Assembly: GCF_038025025.1 (NCBI RefSeq)
Contig: NW_027117343.1
Location: forward strand, 2,108,001 to 2,172,000
DNA length: 64,000 nt
Reading direction: 5' to 3'
Source: Phyllosticta citribraziliensis
Lineage: Eukaryota
Shown here: in pieces, positions 61,585-64,000 of the stretch
Layout: every line of letters starts with the position of its first letter
How positions within the stretch are numbered: the first letter of the stretch is position 1
Notes under the pieces: generated by a model
What the model was told of the DNA's origin: nothing
The model's database searches: none
Seen by the model: only the letters and a program-made list of their open reading frames with translations
Program-made: the position numbers and the translations under genes

Positions 61585-63994
61585 CTATGCGCTACCCTCG
61601 CCAGCTTTGCTGGGGAGTTGGGGTGACTTCTCCTGCTCCTTCTTTTCTTCTTTTTCTTGCTCCTCTCCTCTGGACGGTGAGGCTTCCTTCTTGTCTTCTT
61701 GTTTTTCATCAGCAGCTGCCGACGCAGTTTGCGTTGGCTTGGCCGCGTCTTGCTCTTCATCAGCCACGTCATCATGCTTCTCCGCAACCTGCTCACTCGC
61801 TTCCTTGGTGGTCTTTTCGGGTGCTGCTTCACGATCCGAGTCCCGTGCTGTCTCAGGCTCGGCCTCTCCCATTTCTACATCTTCATCTGCAGCGCCCGGC
61901 GCTGTCGATCCCCGACCGCCTGGAGAATCAGAAGCCTGGGCTCCGGTAGCTTCCGACTTTGACGCCTCATTCGATGGCGGGGACGAGCGATCCTCCGGCG
62001 CCTCGGGAGCCGCTGGTGATTCTGCAGCGGTGACATTCGCACTTTCAGCAGCTGTTGATTCGGTTTGGATAGGAGCTGCAGGCGGGGAGGCCGGAGGAGT
62101 CAAAGCCGAGGACGGTTCCTCAGTTGCAGGAGCCGCTGGGCCAGGCGAAACAGAGTTCTCTGCGGTAGTACCGGGAGCTTCGTCCTCGGGTGCGTTAGAC
62201 ATCTCCACATCACCATCTTGGTCGGCCGCGCCTGTGCCAGTTGCAGCGTCCGGTGCGGGAGATGCAGCTGCTGAGCCTTCTTGGCTTCGCGATGCGGCAT
62301 CTTCGGCACCTGCAGATGGGCTGTCCCTCTTTGACGACTTGCCCGTGTCTGGTGCGTCGTTTGTGTCTTCGGCGCCGTTGGCACTTCCTGGTCTGTCCAG
62401 CGGAGTGGCGTCTCCGTCCTCTGCGTGAGCATTCGGGTAGTCCATAATGTTCATGCGGCGCTTTTTGCTGGGCTGCTTCCGGACGCCCTGCCGCTCGTTC
62501 TCTCCTTCGTCTTCGCTGTCACTAAGCTCACCCTCCTTCTCTACCCGCTTGTCCCATCGGTGCTGGGTGTATCGGACGTCCGGGTTTTCGTCTTCATCGA
62601 GGTCATTCATCTCGTCCTCAGCCTCGTCATCCATACCGGGCATGAGCGGTGAACGGGGGACGTCGGTCATTTGTACAGAGGGCGCAAAAGCGGTGCGCTT
62701 GATGTTTTCAATAACCTGCGAGCGGATCTTATCCAGGTACTCGGGGGAGTTGGCGTTGTCCATATTTGAGGGTCGGACATCTAGTTGGTAGTCGGGACCA
62801 AAGTACTGCTTCGGTTAGCAATGGCTCGAGACAGGCTGTGCTGGGTACCTACTTCATAATAGTCGTTAAAGGGGAGGTCTGGACCCAACTCTGAACCAAC
62901 CAATTGGCCAGTCTCAAATGCCCACGTCCGGGCAACGTTGCGCATGGTATATCCGCCGCCTCCGAGAACCAACACCGGCAGGTTGAAGCCCTTGACAAAG
63001 CGTACGCAGTTTGCATGGCCCTTCATGCTGAGGTTGAATGCGCCCAACCTGTCACCCGACAGGCTATCTCCACCACATTGTAAGACGACTGCCTCGGGTC
63101 TGTACCAATCCATGACGGCCTTGATCACTGGCTCAAAGATGCTCTTGTAGGTCTCGTCCGTAATGCCGTCCCGGAGCGGAAAGTTGACGGCGTAGTATTT
63201 GCCGTTTCCAACACCAATATCGCGGAGCTCGCCAGTTCCCGGAAAGTATTCACCATACTTGTGAAAAGATACCGTCATCACGCGATCGGTCGTGTAGAAT
63301 GCTTCTTCGACACCGTCGCCGTGGTGCACATCAATGTCGATGTACAGAACGCGCTGCTTGAAACGGAGGAGCTCAATGATTCCAAGGACAATGTCTGCCG
63401 CAGAGTCAGCTTGCATGCTCTGCAAATAGCCGAGGCAAACGTACCGTTCACGTAGCAGAAGCCACTGGCTTCGCTCTTTTTCGCGTGGTGGAGGCCGCCC
63501 GCCCAGTTGACAGCCACATCACACTTGCCGCGGTTCAACCTAGCAGCACCCTCCATACTGCCACCTGCGCTGATTCCACAGTATTCAAAAAGACCGTCAA
63601 AGACTGGGCAGTCATCCCCCACGTTGAAACGGCTCTGCTCTTTCGAGAAATTGTCCATGTTGTCGGGCGTAACCTTTTGTAGGAAGTCCACGTATTCATC
63701 CGTGTGGAATTGGGTCATTTCGAACTTGGAGGCAGGTTTGGCGCGCTGTCCCCAGTGTCAGTGAGCTCTCAAGCGTGGTCCATGGGCAAGGACACTGACG
63801 TATATCTCGAGCTTTTTATACAAGCCATAGTTCATGATCAGACTGTGAGTGACGCGTATACGGTGCGGCTTCATCGGATGACCCGCGACGTATGCATAGT
63901 TGCCAACATCAGAATCGTAGAAGTAAGCGACCTTCTTGGGCTGGGAGCTTCCATTGGTGTTGAACTCGTCCAAGGGAGGACCGGCGCCCACCAT
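61585..63994 (-). CDS. RPD3: Class I histone deacetylase Rpd3/RpdA with long acidic C-terminal tail
   Basis: [86 protein letters not shown] and GELSDSEDE. Introns 63746-63799, 63395-63444 and 62806-62852. Confidence 0.96.
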
Positions 63995-64000
63995 GTTTGC

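Overview
Eukaryotic fungal genomic DNA from a filamentous ascomycete. The Hos2 and Spa2 sequences look Dothideomycete-like, but that placement is inference. Introns are short GT-AG with CTRAC branch points, GC3 is high, and intergenic tracts are rich in microsatellites. I built spliced models by hand for 21 intact protein-coding genes, in order: S28 serine peptidase, Zn2Cys6 transcription factor, RRP41, DHA1 MFS transporter, M28 glutamate carboxypeptidase II-like protein, SPA2, YNG2, HOS2, SRK1 kinase, MsrA, GFA-domain protein, FMP42-like MFS, a MARVEL-like membrane protein, amidase, an F-box-like hypothetical, D-2-hydroxyacid dehydrogenase, FRS2, a Tim17-like hypothetical, a DUF3405-type protein, a SET6-like methyltransferase and RPD3. 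There is also one heavily decayed MDR/alcohol-dehydrogenase pseudogene that the ORF track shows only as fragments. I could not support any tRNA, rRNA, transposon, CRISPR array or secondary-metabolite backbone gene. This looks like a core housekeeping region, not an accessory island. The points most worth following up: (1) four chromatin-modifier genes within about 40 kb, including a head-to-head pair of an acetyltransferase-complex subunit and a deacetylase (YNG2/HOS2) and both class I HDACs; (2) a frame-preserving 51-nt candidate cassette exon in SRK1, with six CRE-like TGACGT sites upstream; (3) MsrA carrying both a mitochondrial-like presequence and a PTS1-like C-terminus; (4) the pseudogene. 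All coordinates were read by eye and no database searches were run.
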